A DNA stretch of 64,000 nucleotides from Fimicolochytrium jonesii (Eukaryota). Shown here piece after piece: positions 1 to 12,701 of the stretch (its first letter is position 1; the number at the start of each line of letters is the position of its first letter). The notes beneath the pieces are model-generated. The model saw only the letters and a program-made list of their open reading frames with translations. It searched no databases and was not told where the DNA came from. The translations under genes and the position numbers were made by a program. The stretch lies in assembly GCF_025526975.1 (NCBI RefSeq), contig NW_026515688.1, positions 62,001 through 126,000 on the forward strand, given 5' to 3'.

Positions 1-258
1 TGGGCGCTTCTCGAGGTCCCTCTTTGCCTAACGCCCTGTGAGCCCTTTGCTGAGTGAGCGTGGGAAACTGGAGAGAATGGGCAACGGGGCGACTTGCGAC
101 TTGGACCGACGACGACGGCTGTGCGCAACCACCACCCTCACATTAGCACTCACTCTGCCCCAACCCTACAACAACCCCAGCAGCCCCGCTGAAACCCAGC
201 CAGCGGCAGGACTAGCGCCAAAGGAGCCCCTACACTCCCCTCCCTCTCGAGACTTCGA

Positions 259-2079
259 ATGACTCCTGCACCAGCAATGGCCCTCTTATACCTAGAGGTA
301 CCCTCACCCCTACACCCTTCCCACTACTACCCCCACCATACCATATCGCTGCTAACACCCACCACCCCTCCCTCGTACGCAGGACTACCTCGACAGTAAG
401 CACTCCCCCACCTTGCCGCTGCTTGTCAAAACGACCGCCGCGCGGTGTTTCCTTAAAACGTGGGACAGTGTTCTTACCATTCCGTTGTTATGTAACTCCC
501 CCCGCAGCGATCGAGTCCCTCCCAATTGAGCTCGGTCGAAACTTCTCCCTGGTTAATACCCCCTGTCTCGTCTACGTACCAATAGCCATTCCGAATTTAC
601 TTATTTCCATGTTCAGATGAGAGAACTCGACTCCCGCGCCCACGACGCAACAACCCGCATATCAACCGATACTAAGAAGTTTATGGATGATCTGAAGGAT
701 TTGAACCCAGAAGAGGTGGAAAATAGATTGAAGGAGATTTCGAGGTGTTTGAAGGAGACGCTTAGGCATGGGGAGGAGAAGGTCGCGCTGGCTGTTCAGA
801 CTTATGAAATGGTGGGTGCGAGAGCCGAGCGATGGCGAGCCCCTCGATTGGCGAGCGTTAGCGAGTCACGTTAATTAGCGAGCGAGCGTCAGATCTTTTA
901 GCGAGCAAAGCGAGCTACGCTCCTGCCCACCGCAACCCAACCTCCTCACCGTCGCGAGCGGAGCGAGCAGGATGTCGCTTCTTCCATCAACCAACCTTCG
1001 CTTCGCTTCGCAACGCTTTATCCATCCACACTCACTCCATTCGGCTGACCCACTTTCGTTCGCTTCGCTTCCCTCCTTGTATTTTTTGCAGGTCGACAAA
1101 CACTGCCGCCGGCTAGACGACGACCTTTCCAAATTCGAAGAAGAGCAAATGACCGGGCCTAAAGCCTACGGATCGATGAACGTCGATGTGTCCTCCCACA
1201 GCCGCGGATCCACTGCTTTCCAAAAGGGTGATAAGCGTGGCTTACCCGGTGCGGGTGGGGAGACGCCCAAAAAGAGTGAGTTCGTGTGATTGCGCATTTG
1301 CGTTTTTTGAACGGTGGTTGACCATGGGATCGATTTTATACTTTAGAGCAAAAACGGGGCACGCCACGTCTGGAGGATCGCTCGACACCCAAACCGGGGA
1401 ACGACACGCGCGCGTCTTCGGTCGCTGACAGGGACTTGGTGTCGCAAAATAATAAGAAGAGCTCGGCGGCGACGCAGGGGAAGAATACCAAGAAAATGTA
1501 CGGTTGTTTGCATCCCTTCCTATCACACGCCCAGACTTATCTCATAACATTTTTTGACAGTGTATCAACAACCACCCACCCAACCCTCGATAAACGTCCA
1601 ACGGCAACAACGACAACAACAACAGCTACGACGGGTGCGGGGTTGAAGGATAAGATAGTGATGGATTTACCGATTGATCCGAACGAGCCGACGTATTGTA
1701 TTTGTGGGCGGGTTAGTTTTGGGGATATGATTGGGGTGAGTAACGGAAGGATGGTGGTGGTTATTGTGGGGGTGGTTTGGTGATTGGTGGATGATGCTGA
1801 CTATGTGGTTTTTTTAAAATGATTTAGTGTGATAATTCGGATGTAAGTTTTCTCCTCTCGTTGCATGTACAAGACATCCTCATATGCCAACCCCTTTTTC
1901 CCACACATAGTGCGACCTGGAATGGTTCCACTACGAATGCGTCGGCCTCACCGCGCCACCTAAAGGGTCGTGGTTCTGTCCCGCGTGTGCTGCTACGCAT
2001 AAGAAGGTGGAGGCGTTCCATTCGAGTGCCATTTGCGTCGTTTATATACTCATTCTTTTGCTCGATGTTGTAGCGATGA
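259..2079 (+). CDS. ING-family (ING3/4/5, Yng2/Pho23-like) PHD-finger chromatin protein, multi-exon
   Basis: Spliced translation [37 protein letters not shown]...[25 protein letters not shown] is the ING N-terminal domain. C-terminal [53 protein letters not shown] is a PHD finger. GT-AG introns, with 13-nt (383-395) and 15-nt (1828-1842) microexons. Confidence 0.93.
812..1091 (+). repeat. GCGA-rich intronic repeat element (ING intron)
   Basis: 280-nt intron packed with GCGAGC/GAGCG units in its 5' half and TCGCTTCGC units in its 3' half. Confidence 0.55.
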
Positions 2080-2677
2080 AGAACAAGCCGTCACGACCTG
2101 GCGCATGAGCCACGATACCCACCCCACCCCACCCGCAAGTCGTTCTTTTGCAACCTGTATATGTTTAAGCCCCCGCTTTTTTCGCTCACCCCCCGCGCCG
2201 ACTCCACCTGTGCGCAGGCCGTATAGTCTTGTGAAAAAAGCATTGAATATATCGCGTCTATCCGGCGCGCCTTTCACAGTCCGTCGATTTCAGACTTGTG
2301 TTGTTTTCTCTGCGTGAATGGAAAGTTGAACGTAGATTGAAGACGGAGACGGGGATGGGCCGCTTCATCGAGGCTTTGGACAGGAGCGGCTTGCTGATGG
2401 GGAGAGAGGGTAACGAGAGGACGAGTGGTCCGGCAGCCGTCTGAGAGAACAATCCCAGTTCCATTATGCATCACACACATCGTCATTGGGGTAACACACA
2501 AAGTACAGTACAGCGTGATATATACACAACGAACAGAGGTACTTTCATCTGTTAGGAGCGGGTCGGAGATGATGTAAAACCACGGACGCTCTATAGCTAT
2601 ACAGATGGGGGATCTCAATCGGCCAGTTTGATCGCATTCTGTTTCCCCGCCACCTGCGGGATCCCCCGTTCCTTCCT

Positions 2678-5600
2678 CTACGCCCACAAAAAATAGTTAA
2701 TAACCCCATCCAAAAACATCTCAAGCCGGGGCGGAACACCCAAACCTACCAAACTCGGCAACCCCCCCGTCTTCCCGCCCACGGCAACGTCGACGCCCGC
2801 CTTGTCACCCGCGCCCCTCCGCTTCCCACCCAGCATGCTCGGCACCTCGATCTGCGCGAGCGGGTAGTATGCGAGCATGTGGTATACCGCCGAGGAACTG
2901 ACGTTGAGGCGCGGGCGCGGGGGGTGCGGTTTCGTCGGGGGGCGGAGGGCGAAGTGGTGGGCCTGTGAAGTCATCATCGGGGAGCGTGAGAGTGAGAGGG
3001 GCGGAGGAGGTTTCGGTGATATTAAGACGTACCTTTGTCTGCGACCCGCCACCCGTCAAATCAGGCGTAACAGTCCAATCCGCCGCACATTTTCGGCGTT
3101 CGTATACATCTGGTTCCCCCAAAACAGATGTCAGAAGCAGAGCCTTTATCTTCCCAGGGCCTTTTGGAGTATTGAACTGGGCATACCAAACCATTTCGTC
3201 AAAGCCTGCATCCGGATCGCCCGCACCCGCATCCGCTTGATATCCGCCATCGCCGTCCCGCCGCGCGCTTTCCCGCCCGATTCCAGAGGTTGTGACTCGG
3301 CCCGTTCGCCGGGTTCAAAGATCTGCTGATTGTCGGGCGTCGAGGAGGCCGACGACCGGTCCTCGGTCGGTGAGTCTCCCTCCTTCGGGTCCGTCACCTG
3401 CCGCGGTGGGTCGTCGTCTATGCGCACCCATCCAAAACATCATTAAAATCCCCAAACCATCATCCGCCCCGCAACCCCTTTACTCACCGCCCAAAACCGC
3501 ACTCACGGCCCCGGCACCCCTCAACCCCCTCCAACTCTCAATGACATTCTTCTTCAGCCCCTCCTGATGGCGCACGATCATCCGCATGTACTCCGCCTCC
3601 ATCCGCGCCGCCTGCTGCACGTCCTCCGGGTGCGGGCGGTACGTGGACGCGTCGCCGAGGATCCACGGCGTGTCTTGCCCGAAGATCCCGATGTGGGTGC
3701 CCGAGAGCGTCCAGACTCGGATCGTGCAGTCTTTGGAGCATGTGAGGATGATGTTGTGGACGTTGGCGTAGTTGACGCTGCGGAAAGAACAATCGAGTAA
3801 GGACAATCGATGCAGGGTGGGGTTTTGGGACAGATGCGATGTGGATGGTGTGTGACTCTGACTCTAGGGGGGATATGTTATGAGTGGGGATTGCGAGGCG
3901 GCATACCTGGAGATACTCTGCATATGCGCCCTCCAGATCGTCTTCTGCACACAGAACGGGTCCCCGTTCCCTCCTCCTCCCGGGGGTCTAGCCGCCAGCG
4001 CGGCGGGGTTGACATCCAACACCTGTGCACATCACAGCCCCGGTCAGATGACGGGCTAGAGAAAGAGGAGGTGGTGACACGTACCCTAACATGCCCCTTC
4101 GACCCGCCCAGGATAATCAACCCCCCATCCGAGCTGATCGACATCACCGTCAGGCCCTCGTCCTCCGACGCCTGGCAGTTCATCTACCCAAGACCATTAT
4201 ATATCAGTACCCCAAAAAATTCCCCCGTTAATGTATGCACGAACCTCGAACACCATCCCCCCCTCCCCGGCATCCCACGCCCTCAGACACCCATCGGCAT
4301 GCACGGACACCAGCACGGGCACCTTCTTGGACCGCCTATCGAGCGAGGGCATGAACACGATCTTTTCGATCGATTTTTCTTCTTTCGAGCGGAGGTCCAG
4401 GAACGGTTCCGAGAGGGTCAGCTTCATGTAGCCTGCGCGGGGGTGGGGGGTGGTGGGATGAGGTATGTGGCTGTGGCTGTGGGTTCTTTTTTGAGGGGCA
4501 AGCTTACCGGACTCGAGACTCCAGATGACGATGATCCCGTCGACGCTTGCGGTGGCGAGCACCGAGGGCGGGGCGAACGCGACCGAGGAGATATCATCCT
4601 GATGTCTATTCCACAACGGGGAGATCAGCATCCCCCGCAGATGTCGTGGGGTGTGACTCGAAAACTCTTACCCCCGATGCGTCCCCGCCCCGCCCCCATG
4701 CATGATCCGCACCGGCCGCGCCTCGAAATGGCCCGGGTCGTCCAGGAATATCGTCACTTTGCGGTCCCAGCCCACGCCTACGATGAACCGGTTTGCTCCC
4801 TAACGCACAGTTCACATTCATTAATATCGCTGGAGAGGAGGGGGGAAGGGTATGTTTTGTGTATTTTGGTTTTGTTTTTTTTACCATCTCGACGTAGAGC
4901 ACGTCGGTGACTTCCAACGCGTTGTCTTTGTTCATGCGGCGGAGGATTTGGCCGTTGTTGAAGTTCCACATCTGCGAAATCAGGGGGGATGTCAGTCATT
5001 GTGTCTCACTGTGATGGGAGAAGGAAAAGACATGGGGACATGGGTATGGGTATGGGACGGCATGGGGATGCAACGCACCTTGATAACCCCGTCCCGACTG
5101 CCCGTGACGAGCCGGCGGCCGCTGCGGTCGAAACACATTGCTGTGATTTCCAGTTTCTGGCAGAATATCCTACATCAGTTCATCGGGAGTGAAGGGGCCG
5201 GGGGGAGTGAAGCTGCCGTACCCCATGAGCGTTATGATACGAGAACGCGCGCTCGCCCGTCGCAATGTCCCAGATACAGATCGTGCCGTCCTGCGCGCCG
5301 CTGACCACCTACAAAAGTAGAAGATGGTGAGCGTCGGGTGTGCTGAAGATGAAAGGGGGGAGGGGACCGTTTACCTGATGGAAGTTCTCGTTGAACATGG
5401 CAGCGACGACGCCAGCGTCATGGCTCCTCGACACAGCCGCGCGATGGGTTTTATACAGCTTTACAAAACAAAACCCACACCACGGTTCATCAGCGCCCCC
5501 GATTCTCGTCCTCAAAAGACAAAGTCCTCGGCTTTCCGCACGGTACCGGCCAACTCTGCAACTTCTCACTCCCCATGACCAGCTGCCCGTTCCACTGGTC

Positions 5601-7791
5601 GAAGAAGATGGCCGAGATCAGGTCGTCCGGTTTCTGCGGGATCTTTTCGGCGAGCGTTTGCATGCAGTTGAGGCTGCGGGCGGACCAGATCTTTATCACC
5701 TGGTGGAAAGATATCACCGTTAACGGGATGAGGATGATGGGGGTTGGGAACAGGGGGTGATTGTACGAACCCGGTCCTCGGACAGGGAGATGATATGCCC
5801 TTCCTCGTGGTTAACGCAGATGTTAGCGATCGCGGCGGTGTGGCCGTGCAGCGTGCCGGCGGGTTTGGAGAGAACATATGGGTTCCACAGCCGTCTGTCA
5901 CCGGAACCCATCACTCATAAGTCCCCTCACATCCACACACATCCATAACGGTGTCCCACGACATACATGATCTTATCCCTCCCGCCCGTAACCAGAAACG
6001 ATGGGCGGCGACAAAACTCGAAGCATTTGATCCCTTTGGGCACGTTGACGCTGCGGAAGCTTTTGCGCTCGATGTCGCCGATGACGAGGGAGCGGATGCT
6101 TTCGGGCGCGCAGGAGATGAACGCGTTGATTTCGGGGTAGTAGTGGACGCGGGTGACCCAGTCGTTGTGCACTTTTCGCTAAGAGATCAGAAAAGGGCGG
6201 GTTAGTGAGTGGGGGCATATGATGGGAAAAGCGGGGGGGGGAGATGAGGCATACACGGAGGAACGTAGCGTTATGTTTCTTCAACGAGTCCTTTTTGCTC
6301 AGCTTCAACGGGGAGAGTTCCTCGTGGGCTTCGTTATCGGTGAGGAACTTGCGCGTGATGTTGAGCACGTTGACGTAGCCGCCTTCGTCGCCAAAGAGGA
6401 TAAGGTCGCGGTCTTCGTCTAGGTGGCCTCCGTAGGCGATGCACAGCGGGTTATGCTCCAACTGCCCCAGCGTCACGACCAGGCGCGGCTTGACGGAGGC
6501 TATGTCATGTACGCAGAAACTATCCAGGGGAATCACAAGTCCGAACAGATCAGCAAGGGGACAGATTTCCACAACACGCACCTCACACGCACACTTACTC
6601 ACTGTCGATCATCCGTCACCGTAATCAACCGATTATGTTCCGCCAGGTACACCGCATCAGCCACCCACGCATGGCGATTGAAATCCTTGGCGGCGATGAT
6701 CCGCTGCAGTTTCAGGGTGGAGGACCAGTAACAGACCGTCCCCTCGCGGCTGACGGTGATGTATTTGCGCTCTTTGGCGATGTAGTCGATGTACCGGATG
6801 ATGTCCTTGTGCGGGGAGTTGAAGAGCTTGCGGACGCGTTCGTCGAAGATGCTTTGCTATGAAAAAAAAGAGGGGCAGAAACGTTAATAGGGGACCATGG
6901 ATGAACGATACCCTGCTTCCCTCAGCTTGCTCGTACGAGGATGTTGGACGCGAGATGCAGATAGAACCGATGCCAGGTCTCAAGTATCCCTGCGACCCGC
7001 CTCGCTCCCCACAGGTTCCTCGCCATCGCACGATGGAATCAGCTTCCCCATCCTCGAGCAACCCCGCAGTGTACCACCCGGCCCGCACCTGCCCGCCTCA
7101 CCCTCCTTGTCCCACGCTCACGGCTCGCCCCAGCCTTTTGTTTCCCGCCTCCCCCCTCTCCTCTCCCAAATACATACCGCCTCGGAATTCTCCTTAGCCC
7201 TACCCATCATATAAGTACTAAACTCATCCCAATCCACACTCCCATCGCTGTTTGCGTCAATCTTCATAAACAGCATCGTCATCTGGTCGTGTGTTAGGTT
7301 GCCGCCTACTACAATGCCAAACACCTCCCTAAACTAAAAAAGAAAAAGAAACGACTCATTCTATCAGTCATGGGGGTGGGAGGGGGAAATAATAAAGGAT
7401 GGGAATGAAGACGCACCTTGTCGATATCAAACCCGCCTTCCCCCGTCTCGTCCTCATGTTCCTGGAAGAGCACCATGAGCTGCTCGAAATGGTTCATGTT
7501 CATGTATTGTTGCACGTCGACGTTCATTCCCGTCCTAACGAACATCACATCACGTCACATCATATGTCAGTCTGCGAATCGTCGTCGCTCTTTGGAAGTT
7601 TGAAGCGGAGATAACTGGACTTACTTTCCCAAACCCCGCGCAACGCTTTTATCTGCTGCATTTTCGGGGACTGGTGCGAAACAGATAGGTCGTTTGGTTC
7701 AAGGGTCTGCACGTGTGCTATGAGGGACGGTTATGCGGTAGATACCTTGATTGCTTGCGGGTCTGTCTGTGGGATCTGCCGCTTGGCTCAT
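2678..7791 (-). CDS. EF-hand + WD40-repeat protein, WDR49/WDR64/EFCAB8-like (probably cilia-associated), many exons
   Basis: N-terminal EF-hand LFMKIDANSDGSVDWDEFSTYM, then many WD repeats (HNDWVTRVHYY, FLVTGGRDKI, LHGHTAAIANI, RLVTGSRDGVIK, VLATASVDGIIVIWS, IILTCSKDCTIRVWTLSG). Start ATG 7791 (MSQAADP) and stop 2678 inferred by manual splicing. Confidence 0.8.
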
Positions 7792-8176
7792 TGTGTGCGT
7801 TAAGTGTTTGAACGTGCGGCTGTCGTATGTTGTCTTCCACCGGGTGGTGCAGTAGTTGCAGTTAGTTGCAGGATCCGCTGTCAGTTTCTGGTTCCTCCGC
7901 CAAATGACAGGCGCGTATCGCGTATCCCCCTCAACGGACTTTTCTGAAAAGACCTAGATACCGTATGTACCGTTTCCTCTGATTCTTATCGATGCGTTGC
8001 AATGGCCGCATTACCCTCATTTCATTCACTGCTCCTATCACGACAAGTATGTACAGTGTGGCCTTTGTCCTCAATTTCGTGAATCCTTATATACAGCAGA
8101 CGCTGTTCCCGCGAGACTGTCTACATCCGCCCTAACACGCCGTATGGGTCGAGATCAAATACTGTACCAAAAGCTT

Positions 8177-9035
8177 CTACCTCCCATACGCCTGGCCTCC
8201 CTCCCCACCTTCCTGTTGATTCCCATTCTCCTCTGCCTGATGCTCTCCCTCCCCACCATCTTCCTGTTCCTGCTGACTTGGACCGAACTCCTCATCCGCC
8301 CGCCGTGTCACATTGAGCCCCTCTGCATACACAGACTTGACGGATAAGAAGCCAAGGATGAGGTTTGCCAACTATTCGCCGAAGACAACTTACCCTGTGA
8401 CACTTTGATCTGCGCAACGGTCGGGCCGTCGCCTTTCCGCTTGTAGTAGTGCAGCTTCCCTTCAACGATTACATAGGCTCTACAAACCCCAAACCAATGC
8501 CTCAAATCAACCAACACAATCGTCTTCATCTCCCACAGAAGTCCATTCCTACCCCTTTTCAAAATCCTTCGGCAGCTCCTCTCCATTAAACGAAATCTGA
8601 TGCCACAGATTAACCGTCTTCCATCCACCCGTCTCTTTATCTTTCTTCCGCTCTTTGGTGACCAGGGGGAATTTCCATATGCAGCCGCCGTTTTTGAAGG
8701 TCATCCGCTTGGCGTCTTCGCCGACGCTGCCGAGGAGGACGACTTTTTGGTAGTCGGCTGGGAGGGGTGCGTGTCGTTAGAATCCGGTTGATTATAGTAT
8801 ATGTGCCGAGTGATCTTTTTAGGAAGTAGAAGTCTCCAGGCCCGAGACCGGGACTTACGACGAAGGAAGGCGGTAGGAGTCGTCGTTGTGAAGGACTAGA
8901 GTGAAGGAGATGTCACCCCGTGAGACATCTTGGCGGAGATGACCTGTCACTGGCGGGCGTGCTTCACCCTTCGAAACTCACCCTTGTCTGGAACAGGGCG
9001 GTAGCGACGCGGCGGCGGGCCTGGACAGAGAACAT
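8177..9035 (-). CDS. RIM1: Mitochondrial single-stranded DNA-binding protein (SSB/Rim1-like OB fold)
   Basis: Arg-rich presequence MFSVQARRRVATALFQTR, then YQKVVLLGSVGEDAK...FPLVTKERKKDKETGGWKTVNLWHQISF...FEKG|AYVIVEGKLHY, an SSB signature, and an acidic tail. Missed by the ORF track because of introns. Confidence 0.85.
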
Positions 9036-9399
9036 TTCGGTTTGGAGTTGTGCTTCCGAAGGGCAGTGTGAGGGTTGTGGTTGTCAGGACTCTGTCGAGT
9101 GGAGGTGAGACGTCGTGGCGCGGGGTGTTCTTCGCGTGAGACTTCTTTCCCTTGCGTCGACTCCGACCACTTTAATGCCGCAACATTAACCTCATTAACC
9201 CTCCCCTGTTCCCCACTCATACCATCTGCAGGCGGCTCGCTTCGTTTTGAATATTAACTTCCCTTGCAAGTACATACCCGCGGGGAGTCGTGGAAAGGAA
9301 CTTGCAACACTACGGTTTTCAGTGTGAAGTGGACATCCATTGGCGGCCGGGAGGAGGACGAACAATGCCGCACAGCGCTCGACCAATATCACTAGCAAC

Positions 9400-11365
9400 A
9401 TGACCACTAAACAGGCGTCGTTGGGCAGAGGGAAGGTGGTGGCGGAGAGGTCTCGTGCGCGGAAACGGCTAACAACGCATTTCATACACAATTACCGACG
9501 GCACCCTGCGACATGGACATTCACACTTCTCGTTCTCCTCACCCTCTTCGCCATGTTTCCCCCCGCCCGTGGGCAATACTCAAACTCTGACACCAAGGAC
9601 AGTGACACCGTCGCCATAACCGTCGCCGTACGAACCCAACGGGACCTCTCGCTCTCACTCCCCGCCAACCGCGCCTCAGGCGCCGGACTCGTCCTCGACC
9701 CGCTCGTGCTCAACGGGAATTACACCCTCACGGCGTTCGCGCAGACGCAGCGGCTGCTTTCGGGATTGTTTCGTCGTATTGTGTTGGATTTGTATTGGGA
9801 TAACCGTCGGAAGGCGTGGCAGACGTGTCCGGTGGCGTACTCCGACTCCGTGTGGGATGAGGCGATCAGATTGGGAGCGGATGCGGCGATGGCGAAGGAG
9901 ATGAGTATGGGGAATGAGACGGTGTGTTCGGCGGTACCATTGCAGGCAGGCACGGTGGTTTCTGCGTTTCCGACGTGGCTGGCGTCGCAGGAGAACGGGG
10001 GATCGCAGAATACCGTCCTGCAACTCATTCTGAATCTACATGATCTGGGAACCACGTACGACGCATCCATCACGCCCGGCTCGACACGGAACCTGTCCCA
10101 AACCATCTCGTCAAACAAAGTCTACACTCCCGTGATGCTCAAAGCCTTCCGCGACAGCAACGCGACCGACTCACCCTACCACACCATCCCGCCAAACACC
10201 GACCCAACCCTACCCATCGCCGCCCGCTGGCCGCTCGGCAAAGACCTCGTCGCAAGCGGCACCCAAGTCCTCATCGCGTTCGGAACCAACAACCTGAATG
10301 CCACCTCCGGCTACGACACCACCGCCGACGCCGACTTTATCTTCCCCGCGGCCGAAATGTCCGGCATACCCCCCCTCACCACCGCGGATATCTACCCTGG
10401 GTCCCAACTCACATCCTGCGCAAACCCCGGGCCGGGGATCGCGATGCTCGGCACCGGGTTCGATCTCGCCAACCCGAACTTCACCGCCTCCGCCGCTCAA
10501 CTCGCCACCTCAACACGCAACATCTCCTTCTCATGGCCGTACGTCGCGGAATCGACCGCGAAGCCTTTTGACCAGGCCACGGTAGAGAGAATATTACAGT
10601 GCGGGTTTTTCCCGCTGTTTAGTGTGGGCGTGCCGCAGCCGCTGGTGCAAGCTAGTACCTGGTCGTGGGAGGCGAATCAGCCGGCTCAATGGAGGGGTTA
10701 TGATTGTGCTGTGATGGAGCGGGATACCGGGAAGTGGTTCGTATCACATCATCCCATGCGTTGTCCACACTCTCCAAATAGCTAACCCACCCCTCTCTCG
10801 CTCCCGTTTACAGGACAGTAGACCGCTGCGACACCCACCACCCCGTCGCCTGCCACCTCACCACCCCCAACCACACCCTCTCCAACCCCTACACCTGGTA
10901 CATCCACCCCACCCCCCTCCCCTTCACCTCCGCCACCACCGCCTGCCCCGCCCCCTACACCTTCACACCCCCCGAAACCTCCCCTCAATCCCACGCCCTG
11001 CACACCCTCCTCCTCTCCACCCCCCACACCCACATCTGGATCTCCCTGCACCAGCCTTTACCGACATGCTGGGTGAACGGGTTGACGGGGAGTTGTCCGT
11101 ATACGGTGACGGACGATAGTTATCAGGCGTATGTGGGGGCGACGCTGAAGCAGGGGATTGTGATTGTGGTGCTTGGGGCGGTTTTTGTATTCTTTAGATG
11201 TAGGAGGCAGGTGAGGGTGGCGAGGGGCGCGAGGAGGAAGGCGGAGGTGGCGAGGATGGTTAGGGGCGTGGAGGTTGTTACTGTGCCGGTAAGGCTTTCT
11301 CTCGGTCATGGGGGAGGGGTGTGCGAGGGTAGCGTGGGCTGACCCTTATCTCGTTTTAGGCGTGA
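9400..11365 (+). CDS. MTC6: Mtc6-like membrane protein (PLC-like fold plus C-type-lectin-like module and C-terminal TM helix)
   Basis: Hydrophobic signal-like segment, AVRTQRDLS, RRIVLDLYWD..WQTCP, TWSWEANQP...CAVM...GKW, a lectin-like exon and TM GIVIVVLGAVFVFFRC. Two GT-AG introns near the 3' end. Confidence 0.75.
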
Positions 11366-12171
11366 GTGTGGGCCAACAGAACCCGGCGACGAGCCTTCCC
11401 AGTCACGGATCCGATGGCAAACTCATACCCGCGAACGTATGCGCGGAGTAGACATCCACTCGCCTCCAATTCCACCTGGCCTACGCCCCGTATATACACG
11501 GCTCCCACCCGCACCCGACACCGCAACACAACAACCCAGACACATCCACCACCTCCATCCGGGCCAATACCAACACAAGTTATTCCATCTAAATTATTAC
11601 ACACAACGCAGGACGGAGGGTACTCACGGCGCCGTTGGTGGTGTGGGAGTATGGAGGGTGCGTGTGTGCCGCATCTCCGGTCATTGGTCATGAACCTCTC
11701 TGCGTTGACGCGAATACCTGTTTGCTTCGTGTACAAATATCGTCCGCGACCGATCGAATTATACCCTCGCGCATTATCTGCCCACAGACAGTCTTCCGCG
11801 TCTGTGTCCTTTCATCGACGAATATTTTGGTCTGGAGGGCAAGATGCGTTTTCGGGGGCGATGATGGGTTTGGGGAAGCAAGAATGGGAGTTTGTATCGT
11901 TTCTTCGTTTTACGTATACATCGATGGGCTGTAGGTGACGGTTTCGTTTGATTGTGATCTGCGGGAATGTCCAGCCAGACGCACATGCATGGGTACATTG
12001 GGTAGATGCAGTGCGGCTCGTTTAGGTCCTTCTTTCGTACCGATTTTCGTGCCCGGACCGGTACTGTGGAAGAACACAAACAGTGCACCTTCCCGGCGTG
12101 CCTTTATGTGGTGGGCGCTAATATCAAGGGGAATCCGCGAACGCTCCTTCGGAATCATTATTTCACCAAAC

Positions 12172-12701
12172 ATGATATGTAAAAAGCGATGTCCCACATG
12201 CAACAAGGATATTGGTCGCCGTGCATTCGAACGACACTTTTCGGACTGTCGCACTTGGACGTGCGAATGGTGTCCATCCACGTACAACAACAAGGACTCG
12301 TACAACCATCACATCGTGAAATGCGACCAGAACCCTGCGTGGGTCCCCTTGATCTGCCGTTTTTGCCAGAAGGAAAACTTTGCCACCGCAAAGACCCTCT
12401 CGAACCATGAAGCAAAATGTACAATCTGTTGCCATAAAGCAGGTCGCCCACGAAATTAAGTGAGTGTCCGAGTGTCCTCGCCGCTGATCATTGCATCATA
12501 CGAGACCCCTAATCTGAACTGAATCTGTCACTGTCCTAGGCAACCACTGCTGGGGCCGACTGCGCACGGCCAGGTGCGACCTGCTTTATGGCAACAGAGG
12601 ACATGTCGAAACCGAAGCCCACATGTCGCCATTGCAACAGAGAGTTCAAGAGTGCAACCTGGAGAGACAAACATGAAGCCAAGTGCGACGAGGAGCAGTG
12701 A
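12172..12701 (+). pseudogene. Small tandem C2HC zinc-finger gene (4 fingers) interrupted by an inverted-repeat insertion
   Basis: CPTC..H...C, CEWC..H...C and CRFC..HEAKC precede 12425. A fourth finger, MSKPKPTCRHCNREFKSATWRDKHEAKCDEEQ*, follows 12598. An in-frame TAA lies inside the insert at 12457-12459. Confidence 0.6.
12425..12598. mobile_element. 174-bp MITE-like element with perfect 23-bp terminal inverted repeats
   Basis: TCTGTTGCCATAAAGCAGGTCGC (12425-12447) is the exact reverse complement of GCGACCTGCTTTATGGCAACAGA (12576-12598). No target-site duplication is evident. Confidence 0.6.

Noticed and set aside
3810..4910. 366-aa plus-strand ORF and other long antisense ORFs (e.g. 16201-17115, 19490-20731)
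   Set aside because: Shadow ORFs antisense to GC-rich exons of the WD40, RQC2 and PMT4 genes.
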